Shown in pieces: positions 12,756-25,239 of a DNA stretch of 64,000 nucleotides. The number at the start of each line of letters is the position of its first letter. The stretch's first letter is position 1. The DNA is taken from the NCBI RefSeq assembly GCF_018350175.1, contig NC_058368.1:227480001-227544000 (forward strand), read 5' to 3'. The notes beneath the pieces are model-generated. The model saw only the letters and a program-made list of their open reading frames with translations. It made no database searches and had not been told where the DNA came from. This DNA is from Felis catus. Taxonomy: Eukaryota. The position numbers and the translations under genes are program-made.

Positions 12756-12978
12756 GGGGCGCCTGGGTGGCGCAGTCGGTTAAGCGTCCGACTTCAGCCA
12801 GGTCACGATCTCGCAGTCCGTGAGTTCGAGCCCCGCGTCGGGCTCTGGGCTGATGGCTCAGAGCCTGGAGCCTGTTTCCGATTCTGTGTCTCCCTCTCTC
12901 TCTGCCCCTCCCCCGTTCATGCTCTGTCTCTCTCTGTCCCAAAAATAAATAAACGTTGAAAAAAAATTTAAAAAAAAA
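12756..12978 (+). mobile_element. Can-SINE (SINEC_Fc-type), young
   Basis: near-identical to the copy at 6026. Confidence 0.95.
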
Positions 12979-12996
12979 TCAAAACCAAAAACAGCA

Positions 12997-13190
12997 GGGG
13001 CACCTGGGTTGCTCAGTCAGTTAAGCGTCCAACTTGGGCTCAGGTCATGATCTTAAGGGTTGGCAAATTCGAGGCTGTCGAATGGACCTGTCGAAGCTGT
13101 CGGCATGGACCCGCTTCAGATCCTCTGTCCTCCTCTCTCTGCCCCTGCGCCACTCTCTTGCTGTCAAAAATAAATAAACATTAAAAAAAA
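12997..13190 (+). mobile_element. Can-SINE, older and diverged
   Basis: head ggggcacctgggttgctcagtc; TSD-like aaacagca. Confidence 0.85.
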
Positions 13191-14644
13191 TCTTGTAAGA
13201 AACAGCAAAAGACTGAGCAGGGAACCTACATTCCCACTCCTGGCAGGTTCTAATGGGGCACCCCAACCCTGTGGCTGAGAGGTCAAACAGAGCAGAGAGC
13301 CAAGATTTTCATCACTACTGGTGGTGACAAGAACCCCTACTCCTTCTGCCATCAGAAAGGATTATGTGGGGAGCCTGCACGTCCACCCCACTGCTGCTGA
13401 GCGATAACAAGGTCCCGCCCTTCCCCACTAGGGGGCGTCGGAAGAGGCCTCCTGCAGAGTCAGAACTCTTATCACCCTTGTGCTATCTGGGGAGGCCAGG
13501 GGAAACGCAGCCCCCTGACCACCATTGATGAGGCAGCCCCCAGCCCCCTTCCGCTGCTGGAATGATGGCAAGAGGAAGCCAGCTAGACCGGGTTTAAATG
13601 AGATCCAGAGTCTCATAACCTAACACGTAAAATGCCCCCCTTTCAGACGAAAATCATTCATCATACCAACCAGGAAAGTCTCAACTTGCACAAGAAAAGG
13701 ATAAGCAATAGACATCAACAATAAGAGATGACAGGGATGTTAGCATTATCTGACAAAATGTAAAGCAGCCATGGTAAAAATCCTTCAAAGAATAATTGTG
13801 TGCATACTTGAAATCATTGAAATGAGAAGATCAAACGTCTCAGCAAAGAAATAGAAGACATAAAGGAAAACCAAAGAAAATTTTAGAATGCAGAAACGCC
13901 ACGACTGAAACAAGTCAGTGTATGGGCTCAACAGCAGACTAGGGTGGACGGAGGAAGGACTCTGTGTATTTGCAGACGGAACAACACAAGTCACTGGATC
14001 TCAACATAAAGGAAGTAGCTTGGGGCTGGGGTGGGGGGTGTTGGTGAGGACACTGCCTCAAAAACCTGTGGAGCCAAAACAAAAATGCCATTAATGTCTT
14101 TGAAGAAGACGAAAGAAGGTAGGACTCTAAAAGTACTTGAAAAATGGCTGAAAACAAAGTTGGCAAGAGACCTAAACGTATAAATTGAAGAATCTTGAGT
14201 GAGTCTCAGACAGAATAAACACAAATAAATCCAACGCTAAGACATTCAGAGTTGTCTCTGAAAACGAAAGACAAAGAAAGAAATCTTGAAAGTGAGAGAA
14301 AAAACATCTTCCTTATAAGGGGAAAAATTTGAATGACTGTAGATTTCTCATCAGAAACCATGAAGGCCTGAAGGAAATGGCGCAACATGTTTCAAGTGCT
14401 GAGAGAAAAGAACTATCAACTCAGAATTCTGTCTCCAGGAAGGAAGGGGCAAATCAAGGCATCTAAATTATGTTTGATGGTTGAAGCAAAAAATCACAAC
14501 GTTGTGTAACGTGATTCTAAATTTAAGTAAAGGAAATATTTAAAACAGTTATAAACTGGAGAAGATAATGAGACATGAAGAGAGGTAAGCTTTCTGCATT
14601 TCATTCAAATTGGTAAAATGATGACACCAGCAGACTGTGATGAG

Positions 14645-14646
<2 letters not shown>

Positions 14647-14688
<42 letters not shown>
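14647..14688. repeat. (CA)n microsatellite
   Basis: direct. Confidence 0.95.
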
Positions 14689-14690
<2 letters not shown>

Positions 14691-14719
14691 CGTAATGCTT
14701 AATATCTACAGCAGCCACT

Positions 14720-14929
14720 GGGGCGCCTGGGTGGCTCAGTCGGTTAAGTGTCCGGCTTCGGCCCAGGTCACGATCTCACGGTCCATGAGTTCAAGCCCCG
14801 TGTCAGGCTCTGGGCTGACAGCTCAGAGCCTGGAGCCTGCTTCCGGTTCTGTGTCTCCCTCTCTCTGTCCCTCCCCCGTTCATGCTCTGTCTCTCTCTGT
14901 CTCAAAAATAAATAAACGTTAAAAAAAAA
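14720..14929 (+). mobile_element. Can-SINE
   Basis: TSD aatatctacagca(g/a)ccact at 14701-14719 and ~14930-14948. Confidence 0.93.
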
Positions 14930-15822
14930 AATATCTACAGCAACCACTAAAGCCATACAAAGAGATATACTCAAAAACAGTATAGATCAAAATGGGATTC
15001 TAAAAGTGTTCAAGTAACCCATGGGAAGGCAGGTCAAAGAAAACGGAGACATGAAAACCCAAGAGAAGAACAGTAAGTCAAAATATAAAAGGGGAGGCTT
15101 AGGCCCTAACTTTATTAACAATTATATTAAATGTAAATGATCCAAATACACTAACTAAAGATAGAGATAGACATAGATTAAAAAACATTATCCAACTATA
15201 TGCTATCTACATCTACTTACATATAAGGTTGTAGATATATTGACTATTGAAGGATGGAAAAGATACACCATGCAAACATTAATTAGAAAGAAAAGTAGGA
15301 GTGACAACATTAATGTCAGATAAAGCAGATATCAGAGTAAAGAAAACTACTAGAGAGAAGTATGGGCGAAAAAAGAAATATTCAAAAATCAGTTTCAATT
15401 TCTACGTAATAGCAATAAATTCATGGATACTAAAATTAAAAGTATGATGTAATTTATAATTGATTTAAAAAAGAGAAATACTTGGATTTAATTCTAGCCA
15501 AACATATACAAGAACTTGTAAATCTATAAAATGCTGAGGAAAAAATTAAAGATCTAAATAAACAGGAGCCATATCATATTCATGGATTGGAAGAGTCAAC
15601 AGGGTAAAGATACCAATTCTCCCCAAACTGATATACAAATTGAATGCAATTCCTATAAAAAAAAATCTCAGTGAGATTTAAAATCTGGGGTTAGGATAAA
15701 AAAACAAACAAAACAAAACTTAGACTCGACACCAAAAACACTTGATCCACAAAAGAAAGAATTGACAAATAAGACTTCATCAAAATTAAACTATTTTTCT
15801 CTGTCTGTGAAAGATCCTGGGA

Positions 15823-16036
15823 GGGGCGCCTGGGTGGCTCAGTTGCTTAAATGTCGGACTTTGGTTCAGCTCATGATCTCACTGCTTGTGGGTTTGAGCC
15901 CTGCGTGTGCTGACAGCAGAGAGCTCACTTCAGATCCTCTGCCTCCCTCTCTCTCTCTCTCTGCCCCTCCTGTGCATTTGCTCTTTCTCTCTTTCTCTCT
16001 CCGAAATATACGTTAAAAAAAAGAAAGAAAAAAAAA
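15823..16036 (+). mobile_element. Can-SINE
   Basis: head, CT repeat, A tail. Confidence 0.88.
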
Positions 16037-16072
16037 GATGAAATGGGAGAAAATACCTGCAAGCCATGTCTT

Positions 16073-16531
16073 TTTTAAAAATTTTTTTTTTTTTAAATGT
16101 CTTATTTGGGGCGCCTGGGTGGCACAGTCGGTTAAGCTTCCGACTTCAGCCAGGTCACGATCTCGCGGTCCGTGAGTTCGAGCCCCGCGTCAGGCTCTGG
16201 GCTGATGGCTCGGAGCCTGGAGCCTGTTTCTGATTCTGTGTCTCCCTCTCTCTCTGCCCCTCCCCCGTTCATGCTCTGTCTCTCTCTGTCCCAAAAATAA
16301 ATAAACGTTGAAAAAAAAATTTAAAAAAAATATGTCTTATTTATTTCTGAGAGAGAGAGGGAGACAGAATGTGAGCTGGGGAGGGGCAGAGAGAGAGAGA
16401 GAGGCACAGAATCTGAAGGAGGCTCCAAGCTGTCAGCCCAGAGCCCGACGTGGGGCTCGAACTCACGAACCATGAGATCGTGACCTGAGCTGAAGTCACA
16501 CGCTTAATCGAATGAGCTACTCAGGCGCCCC
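16073..16531 (-). mobile_element. Can-SINE (host), tail interrupted by an opposite-strand SINE
   Basis: TSD tgcaagcca(t/c)gtctt at 16058-72 and 16532-46. Confidence 0.88.
16108..16331 (+). mobile_element. Can-SINE (SINEC_Fc-type), young, nested
   Basis: TSD atgtcttattt on both sides. Confidence 0.93.
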
Positions 16532-17151
16532 TGCAAGCCACGTCTTGACAAAGGACTAGGATCTAGAATGTATAAAGAACTCTTAAAACTTAACAAAAAA
16601 AACAATCTAATGAGATAATGGGCAAAAGACATGAGGGGACATTTCACAGAACAGGATAAGCAGATGGCAAATAAGCACATGGAAAGACGTGCAAAATCAT
16701 TCACCACGGGGGAAATAAAAGTTAAAACCACAATAATGCACCACAATACACTTGTCAGAATGGCTACATAAAAAAACAGCGACAACACCAAATGCTGACA
16801 GATTTTCAGAAACTGGATCACGCAGACATTGCTGGTGGGAACGTAAAATGGCGGTCCGGAAAAGTTAAAAATGAAAAATTAAAGAAACCCGAGATTTTAA
16901 CTGCCATGTGATCTTAACTGACATTACATTCCAGAGAAATAAAGACTTATGGTCATAGAACAATCTGCACACGAATGTTCTTAGAAGCTTTATTTGTAAT
17001 AGCCGAAAGCTGGAAAAAAATCTAAATACCCTTCCATGGGCGAATAAACTATGGTACGTCCATACCATGGAATGCTACTCAGTAATAAAAAGGAAGACCA
17101 CTCAAAAACCTGGATGAATTTCCAGAGAGTTATACTCAGCTAAAAAGTTCA

Positions 17152-17374
17152 ATTTATTTTATTATTATTTTTCAAATTTTAAAAAAGTCTTTAAAAAGTG
17201 TATTTATTTTGAGAGAGCGAGCGAGGGAGGGAGGGGCAGAGAGAGAATCCCAAGCAGGCTCCTCAATGTCAGTGCAGAGTTTGACGAGGGGCTTGGACTC
17301 ATGAACCGTGAGATCATGACCTGAGCTGAAACCAAGAGTTAGACGCTTAACCAACTGAGCCACCCAGGTGCCCC
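17152..17374 (-). mobile_element. Can-SINE
   Basis: reverse head ending caggtgcccc. Confidence 0.88.
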
Positions 17375-17645
17375 TGTGTGATTCCATTTATTTAATGTTC
17401 TCCAAATGACAAAATTATAGAGATAGAGATTAAGGACAGATTAAGGGGGAGTTACGGGCAGGAGGGACGCCCTTGCATCTTGACTGTATCAACATCAATA
17501 TCCTGGTTACGACGTGGTATGTTTTCAGGACATCATCAAAGGAGAAAATGGGAAAGGAGGCATTTCATACAACTGTGGATGAAGTATGATCTATCTGCAA
17601 TGATCTGACAATAATGTTTAGCCTGATTTTAAGAAGTACATTCCA

Positions 17646-17853
17646 GGGGCGCCTGGGTGGTCAGTTAAGCGTCCCACTTTGGCTTAGGTCATAATTTTGC
17701 GGTTCATGGGTTCAAGCACTACATTGAGCTCTGTGCTGACAGCTCAGAGCCTGGAGCCTGCTTGAGATTCTGTGTCTCCCTCTCTCTCTGTCCCCTCCCC
17801 GCTCATACTCTCTCTCTCAAAAATGAAAACAAAAACATTAAAAAAATTAAAAA
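17646..17853 (+). mobile_element. Can-SINE
   Basis: head, CT repeat, A tail. Confidence 0.88.
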
Positions 17854-19269
17854 GTAAACTCTGTATGATTCTGCTTACATTAAGTTCAAAGGTAAACTAA
17901 CCTAAGAACGATAGAAATCAGAACAGTGATCACCTCTGGCAGGGAAGGGGCATGAAAAATCTGGGGGGTAATGGAAATGTTCTGTACTCTGTTTTGGGCA
18001 ATGACCACACATACATACATGTATAGAAATGTATTTAAGCCAAGTATTTATGATTCGTGTGCTTTTATCTTTCGCGTTAAATCATGTACATGGGCCAATC
18101 CTACCAGTCCCGCAAATTATTTTTGTCTGTACGATCACGTCTCAGAAACATACAGTTGGACGGATCTCTCCTTCCAGTCGTTTAAGATTGTCTAATATCC
18201 TTGAATTAAGATAACGTTCACCCTGGATTCGGCTAAAACACTGGGAATTTTTCATCCCTTTAGAGCTAAAGGGAATCCCTGGGTTTTAAGAATTTATAAA
18301 TGGTAATGTGTAGAATGCAAAGCAAATTGATTTTTGAGGGAAAAAATTCTAGGTAGCGATCATAATCACGATGGGCCATTTTTCACTTGTGAGATGGTTT
18401 TGCTAATCCTACAGGCCTACCTACTTCATTGGGCAAGTGTCCAGCTACAAGAAAAACCACCGGGCCCCTTGTCCCGCTCCTACTGCTGAGATCTGCACTG
18501 TGGTGGGCAGGGGACCCTGAGGCCCAGTGCCTCGAGGCCGCAGTGCAGTAAATCCCACCTTGCATTTCTGGCCCTCCTGAGCCTCTGGAACTGTGGGCGC
18601 CCCTGAGCCTCCGAGGCACCACCCATCTCCAGGAGAGGGAGCCTCTCCCGCCCTCCGTGACTTCGGGACTCAGTGCAAATGTTGTCCTTTCACACCTGTC
18701 TTACCTTCAGGATGCCAGCAAACAGAAGAATAATAAAACCTGCGGTACAAGTGCCCCAGCACTGGATGGCTCCCGTGTGGGCGCTGAGGGCCAGCTACCC
18801 CTGGCGGTGGGGGGGAGGGGGGGAGTGGGGGCGTGGCCTCGGCAGGTGCCGTATCACCGGTCAGTTCCTAACACTGATGCTTGCACCCAAGTGCTTCACG
18901 TTCTTCAACCCATCTGGACGTGAAACTTGCTCTTCTGTGGCCAGGAGGCAACAGCTCTTCCCTTTGTTGCGATCTATGCCCATCAAGAACTGGGGTACCT
19001 TGGATAGAATTCTAACCAGGACCGGGGGCAGCCCCACTGTAAACAGCTGAACTCTGGTTCATGTCCCAGTGTCTTTGGAGTGTGGGTTCTGACAACCAGT
19101 CTGCAGGAGCCGGATCAACTCTCATTTCTGGCCATGTACAGTGGATTCCTAGTCCGGAACATTCTCCTCTCCAACTCCACGCCTGACCCATGAGAGGCCC
19201 GCCTTTCAGTCTCGCTCAGCAATGTCTCTCTTTTCGGTTCCATAGTGACCAATTTAAATAAAAGGCCTA

Positions 19270-21074
19270 ACACAAAAATCAGGCAAATATGTTTAATTTT
19301 TTAAAATAACTGATGGCAAAATAAAATATTTACATCACATCATACTGTGTAAACATGTAAGGTCTCTGTACAAAGAAATATACATGCAAAATAATGTAAA
19401 AATTTAACTGAAATAATAAAAGAAACAATACACAAATAAAAGTTGTGAGGTTACGAATACACATCCAGTTTTGAATCCAATTTCTTTTAAAAAGTTTCTG
19501 TACAATTTTACAAGAAACAAACAAAAACCCAACAAAAGAATAAATAAAATACATTGGAAGCTGCAAAGCTTAACTACGCCCGGTTCATGGCTCAAGACCC
19601 AGGTGTCTGGCTGGCTGGGGAAGTGGGCTGGTCTCGTTCGTAGTGGATCTCACACAACAAAGATAAAAAGACATTCAGAAAAATTCAAGCGTGCCCAGAA
19701 AGCCCACGGCTTGTTGACAGGTGTCCCCACGCCAGCGTTAATTCTGCCACAGTGACGCAGACGTCACAGATGCCAGCCTCAAGGCGGCTAGTGCTTAATT
19801 GGCTTTTATTTCTTACCAAAAGCTCAAAATCCAGCCAATTTTTGTACAGAAAGTGGAACGTCAAAAAGTCTAAAAAGTAGTAAATGGCCAGACCGATTTT
19901 GGGAAAAAAAATAATACTTTGGCATTCTGAATAATAGCATAATAAATTTGAAAACATTACCCTATTATCCAGTTTTATATTCAGAGTATGAAATCACTTT
20001 TTACAGTCCTCGAAACTGACAAATTTCACGCAGAGTTAAATCTCCTTGAACTGATGGCACAGGGCTCCACCCCCACCCCCCCGCCCCCGACACACGCACA
20101 AAACCATAAAGCTCACTGTACGAAGTATGTGCTTTTTCTATGTATTTATTACAGGTACAACAGAGGTCTTCATAAATAGTTGCATAAAATGTTAAAGCCA
20201 CAACATTGCACATGATATGAAATAAAACCAAAAAAACCCCAATGAGTGCATTTACAGTATTTTCATCTGACTGTATACTGCTCGACAATCTGATTGACGG
20301 CTTGGGGGTGGGAAGCAGGGGGAGGGGACATCGGGGTGGGACCCAACCTGACGTCCTGGGTTGATGGGCAGAACCCTCTGACCTCCTCCAAAGGAAGCCC
20401 TGGGCGGTGGGGGTGGGGGGAGAGGGGGGGACAGGAGGGAAGGACAGACCGAAGGCAGGACCAGTCTTATATACAAATAAGGCCTACATTTCATCAGAGC
20501 AGAACGATTCATTCTAGTTTTATGCAAAAGTCTGAGGTTGAATGCACGTTTCAGGAGCCTGGTCTGGCGTCCCGGTGAGACGCACGCAGACCCGGCGGCT
20601 AGGAAAGCTCAGAGCCAGGTGGACCCTGAGCTCTGGACGAGGCCGTGGGGAGGGCCGCCTCGAGGGGGGAGTCCTCCCCAGGGATGTCCAGTATCTCTGT
20701 TTTGTTCGTTAACACCAGTGGTTGAACATAGGCATTTCGTGTCCTTGAATAAATCCTGGAAAATGTTAAATTTGCAAAATTCTATTCGTGTGTATTTAAA
20801 AAAGTTTCTTTTCTTTTTTTTGCAGAAACCTGAATAAAAGACTGTGGTACAGCAATGCTGTCTCCGCTCACGAAGAGTGTGCGAGAAGGTCCTCCACCCC
20901 AGCACAGCGTGCTCCCGAGCCCCGGGCACCGCCGAGCACAGCTCACCCGGAACGCAGTGTCACACGATGAACGTACGGCAGCTCATCAGTCATGTTGGTT
21001 TGTGTTTCTCTTCGAAATTCAAATTAACAGCTGATTGGCAGGTGAAAGAGAATGAGAGAGAACTTCAGGATGGG
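19270..21074 (-). other. TRIO: TRIO 3'UTR (distal end approximate)
   Basis: repeat-free, U-rich and UGUA-rich sequence after the stop, ending at ATTAAA plus a GU-rich element. Confidence 0.75.
19292..19297 (-). terminator. TRIO: Distal poly(A) signal ATTAAA
   Basis: upstream TGTA elements and downstream GATTTTTGTGTT. Confidence 0.6.
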
Positions 21075-21623
21075 TCAGACTCTAGGCAAAAGCCTGCTCT
21101 GTAAGAAGTTTTTAACGCTACGGATAGGTCGAACATCGTTCTGGTGTTTGCGCCGCTCAATGAAGGAAGTCAGTCTGGACGTGTCGAGGACGCCCGCACC
21201 TTTGCCACTGCCGTGGCCCGCCTGCAGCCACTGCTCCTGGAGGGCCAGAGCAGCCGAGGGACGCTTGGCAGGGTCCTCTTGGAGGAGGAAACACACGAAC
21301 TCCTTGGCCTTCTGGCTCACTCCTTTGAAGCAGTCCTCTGGGAAGCTAAAGTCTAGTCGGCAAATGTTCAGGCAGGTCTCCTCCACGCTGTCGTCGAGGA
21401 AGGGGGACACGCCACTGAGAAGCACGTATGTGAGCACTCCGACACTCCATGTATCCGAGGTCAGGGAGATGGGGTTCCCAAGGATGACTTCGGGGGCCGC
21501 AAACTCGGGGTTCCCCAGCAACTGGTGGATGTAGTAGGTCGTGTTGAGTTGGACAGCATCTCCAAAGTCAGCCAATTTGATCGTTGGCTTGGCCGAACTC
21601 TGATCCACCAGGATGTTTTCAGG
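21075..21623 (-). CDS. TRIO: TRIO last exon (~57), coding part, kinase C-lobe (PENIL...DFG...APE...LPRV*)
   Basis: acceptor tcctAG at 21624-5; DFG and APE motifs; TGA at 21075-7. Confidence 0.97.
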   Translation of the reverse strand, partial: PENILVDQSSAKPTIKLADFGDAVQLNTTYYIHQLLGNPEFAAPEVILGNPISLTSDTWSVGVLTYVLLSGVSPFLDDSVEETCLNICRLDFSFPEDCFKGVSQKAKEFVCFLLQEDPAKRPSAALALQEQWLQAGHGSGKGAGVLDTSRLTSFIERRKHQNDVRPIRSVKNFLQSRLLPRV

Positions 21624-22169
21624 CTAGGAGACAGGATAAGACAAGGTCATTTCCATCTGTCCCCATCCCACGCTTAACACTCGATGCTCAACAGGAATCC
21701 AGGAGGCCGGCTGGAAGAGACTGTTCACACGCAAAACAGGACGAAACTTAGAGCGTGTCGGCCCACGGAGGAGTCCGCATCGCCTGTCGGGGACAGCCCT
21801 CTCGGGAGACCGAGGTGGAGTCGCCGCGCCGAAGGGCCCTGGCTTAGGAAGCTGGGTGTTGTTCTCACTCCTGGCACTAACAGAAACATTCGCCTTCCTT
21901 TCTCAGCTGCCACTGAACCAGTCCCACACCAGCCTCACGAAACTCACAGGAACTTTCCGGAACTCATGGAATGTGTGAAGAGTACTTTACTGATCGTTTA
22001 TAGCATCAAAAGTAAATCTCAAAAGTGGAGATTAGAGACCCGTGTGCCCATTACCCACCTCCTCGTACTTATACCCCCTCCCCCCGGGCCTCCTGGCCTG
22101 GATGCAGTGCAGAAGCTGAGAGGCCCTGTGCTCAGACACGCCGGCCTCGGCCCCGGGAAGCCCACTAAC

Positions 22170-22308
22170 CTTGAGGTCCAGGTGCGCTATCCTGCAGTTG
22201 TGAAGGTATCGGACGGCTTCCAGAACCTCCCCCAGATACGCCCTGATCTTCCCTTCGGTGAGGTTTCCCCATCGCACCACACAGTCCAGGAGACGTCCCT
22301 GGTCAGCC
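22170..22308 (-). CDS. TRIO: TRIO exon ~56, kinase (ADQGRLLDC...IAHLDLK)
   Basis: HLDLK catalytic loop; acceptor ccacAG, donor GTtagt; 139 nt. Confidence 0.96.
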
Positions 22309-24320
22309 CTGTGGAAGCAGGAATGTGCACGATGCTCGTCACGGCGCTGACCTCTCCCACGTAACAGGAGACGGGCGGCTGCGGGTGGGTCCCTTGTTAA
22401 CGTCCTACAAGGCTGGGGTTTCGGAATCGTACCTCCACCTAAAGGCGCGACTCTATCAAGAGGGTCGTTTCTTTCCAACCTCATTATGGATGCGAGCGGG
22501 GAACAAGGTCGCTCAGCCCCCAGAGGGAGTGGGGAGGCAGACAGCAGCACACGTGGGCTCCTGCCCAGCCTCTGAGACACTGAGGACCCGGTCTGGGCAA
22601 GCCATCTGCTCTTGGATAGAATGAAGTGATACCACGTCCCTGAGCCTTAGTTTTACCACCTATAAAATGGGCGATGGGAAGGCCAAATGGGATAATGTAA
22701 GAGCTGATGTCACGGGGTGATGAGAAAACAGCCACTTGGTCTTAATGCCTGGGCTCCTCAACATGACAAGCCTGCTCCACCCAGAATCCGGGCATTTGCA
22801 CAGACGCCGAGCTCACGGTCTTCCTGGGCGCCTTTTAAAATAAGAACTCAGAGGGGAGCCGTGAAGAGTTCTAAGGAATGCGGTCACCCTGCTCACTTGT
22901 GACCCGGGAGGGAGGACTGCCCCCTCCCCACCATTTCTGGGATCTGTAAGGATAGAAGCCTTGACAGTAACTGAAACCGTGCCTTCCATCAAAATGACCC
23001 CTGTTTCCATGTCCCCAAAGTGGGAGCTTGGAAGCCGAAGGAACTACCTGCCGACCTGTGTGGGTAGCTGGTGCTTCTCGCTTCATGCTGGACTCAAAAG
23101 GCTTCCCTACTTTGAATCACTGCTGATGTAAAAAGCCACTGACACAGCACTGCCCACGTGCCAGGGATGACACCCTCTCTGTCAGCTCACTTAGTCCTCA
23201 CGCCAGCTTCTTCAACTGAAGGCCACAATTGCAATGTGGTGGTCTGGCCCCGGCCTCCCCGAACCCCAGCCTACGCTGCCCCCTTTGCTTGCAAAACAGA
23301 AACTTCTAGGAAAACCAGCCATTTGTCTGGTAACAAGGTCATCAAGGAGAATGTGGTAGTAAGACATCTGCTATGAAAAAAAATCCTATTAACAGTATGG
23401 TGAGACCAAACCATTTAGTTTTCCACTAAAAAGAAAGGACAGCTGAACATACGTAAATTTTACACCAGAAATGGACGTCTTGCCAATTTTTGATGAGGAC
23501 TTTAGTTTTTGTTGAAAAATCCCCAGATGATCAGTAGCTATTAGTCACCCAGCATCTCAAGTCCGAAAGGAGCCTCCCAGGTACTGAGGTCTCTGCCTGG
23601 ACGTCATTTTAGTGCCACAACAAGCCCCATTACAAGATTTTTAAAAATTCTAAGGTTGAGAAAGGAGCCCCAGGTACAGAGCCAATGAGATAGGGAGCAC
23701 GGACAGAAGCCAGACTGGGCTGTGCCCAGGCCCCAAGTCCCCCGACGTGCCCTTTGCCCATGACGCTCAGCGTAGGGGGACATCTCGGGGGCCTGCCGTC
23801 CTCCCTCTGCCATCTGACATGTCTGCTAATCCAAAGACGGAGGCTGCGACGGGCCCCCGACACTCCAGCAGGAGCTTTACCCTGGGGGGGGCAGGGGAGA
23901 TGGTTTTGACACATGCCCTCCCCCGGCCTTGCCCTCTGAAGGCACTTCCAAATTCTTTACAAAAAGCAATACAACACACAGAAAAATCAAACACAGGGCC
24001 TTGAAGGGGTCCCTGCAAATGACGGGCTCCTAGAGCCCGAGTCCCACTGTCAGGAAGAATGTGTCCTAGAGGCTCTGAGGAGGCCTTCCTGTCTGTCCTA
24101 CTCTGTCCCCCTAAGAATGCATCAAGGAACTACTAAATGGCACAGAATATTTTGCTTTTACCAGTGGAAAGAAGTTGTAAATCCATGTAAATATATGAAA
24201 GGACTCCCTAGTAAAAAAAGAAGGAATAGGTATTTAAACCCAGCTAAACGCCCCTGTATTTCACAGAGGCCAGAATGTTCTAGGGTGGGCTTCCCAAACG
24301 CGTACAGCTAACACTGGAAC

Positions 24321-24467
24321 AGATAGTTCTCGGCTGTGGGGCCATCCTGGGCAGCATCCCTGGCCTCCACCCTCTAGATGTCAGGGGAACCCCCAACCCA
24401 AGCAAGTCTCCGGGCATGTCCAAATGTCCCCTGGGGAGCAACACTGCCCCCGAGTGAGGACCGATGC
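24321..24467 (+). mobile_element. MER20-like hAT element fragment
   Basis: agcatccctggcctccaccctctagatg..caaatgtcccctgggg. Confidence 0.65.
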
Positions 24468-25038
24468 TCTCGGGTCACAGTTTTCACTGTTCAGATGACT
24501 GACATGTTCGCTGAGATGGCACTGAGGCCCTGGAGTGCCACGGGGAGCAGGGGGGCTGCTCTGGCCGGAGGTGCCCCCCTCCCCCTGTCCTGACCATCCT
24601 GCAGGGGGTGGGCATGAGCCCTGAGGGGCAGGACTGGACGCCCAAAGCATCGGGGATGAGAGAGTTCTTAGTGAGTCCACCCTGGGCCCCCGGCAGCACA
24701 CGAGTCTTCAGCGGCCGGGCCTCTGGGGGATCCCGTGAACCAGGTGGCATCTCCAGGCCGACTCCCAGAGGGAACCTGGGCAGTGCTGGGGTGTTCTGAT
24801 GCTAGGCTGGCTGCTCCCTCGTTTGGACAGCGCACGCTAAAGACTATACTTCTTTCTACCGTTACTGGAAAGCTCTAGAACTGTGGTCTCTGACAGTAGG
24901 CTTTTCTTTTGTATTTTACACGTTCTGTGGATCCCCAAATGCCACTCTCTGCCCTTCTTAGAGAACAAACAACAATAAGATCACTTAAAGTTGAGGCAGA
25001 GGCTCCCAAGCTGGGGAGGGAAGGGGGTGTGTACGCAC

Positions 25039-25239
25039 ATTTCCAAAACCAGGATGTAGCTGGTGGGGGTCTCGAAGCTATCAAGGAGGCCAACAAGCAG
25101 CGGGTGCTGGAGGTTCTGCAGGATTCCAAGCTCGTGGGTGACCTGGTCACGCTTCATCAACTTCTTGTTCACAAACTTAGTGGCCACTGCTCGTTTGGTT
25201 CCTTTTTGATCACATTTCTTAACGACAGAGAATCTGCCC
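25039..25239 (-). CDS. TRIO: TRIO exon ~55, kinase N-lobe (GRFSVVKK...VATKF...YILVLE)
   Basis: G-loop and VATK lysine; acceptor ttccAG, donor GTgcgt; 201 nt. Confidence 0.96.

Larger units (their letters stand above)
13650..17600 (+). mobile_element. Fragmented old L1 (ORF1, ORF2 and 3' remnants) interrupted by several SINEs and a (CA)n
   Basis: A-rich; ORF1-like agatttctcatcagaaaccatgaaggc; ORF2-like catggattggaagagtcaa, gggcaaaagacatga; no intact ORF. Confidence 0.8.

Noticed and set aside
21052..22364. Plus-strand ORFs of 160 and 226 aa
   Set aside because: Antisense to kinase exons or intronic; no recognisable protein features
21075..25239. Possibility that the kinase is degenerate or the locus is KALRN
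   Set aside because: VATK, HLDLKPEN, DFG and APE are intact, and the linker and C-terminal sequences match TRIO
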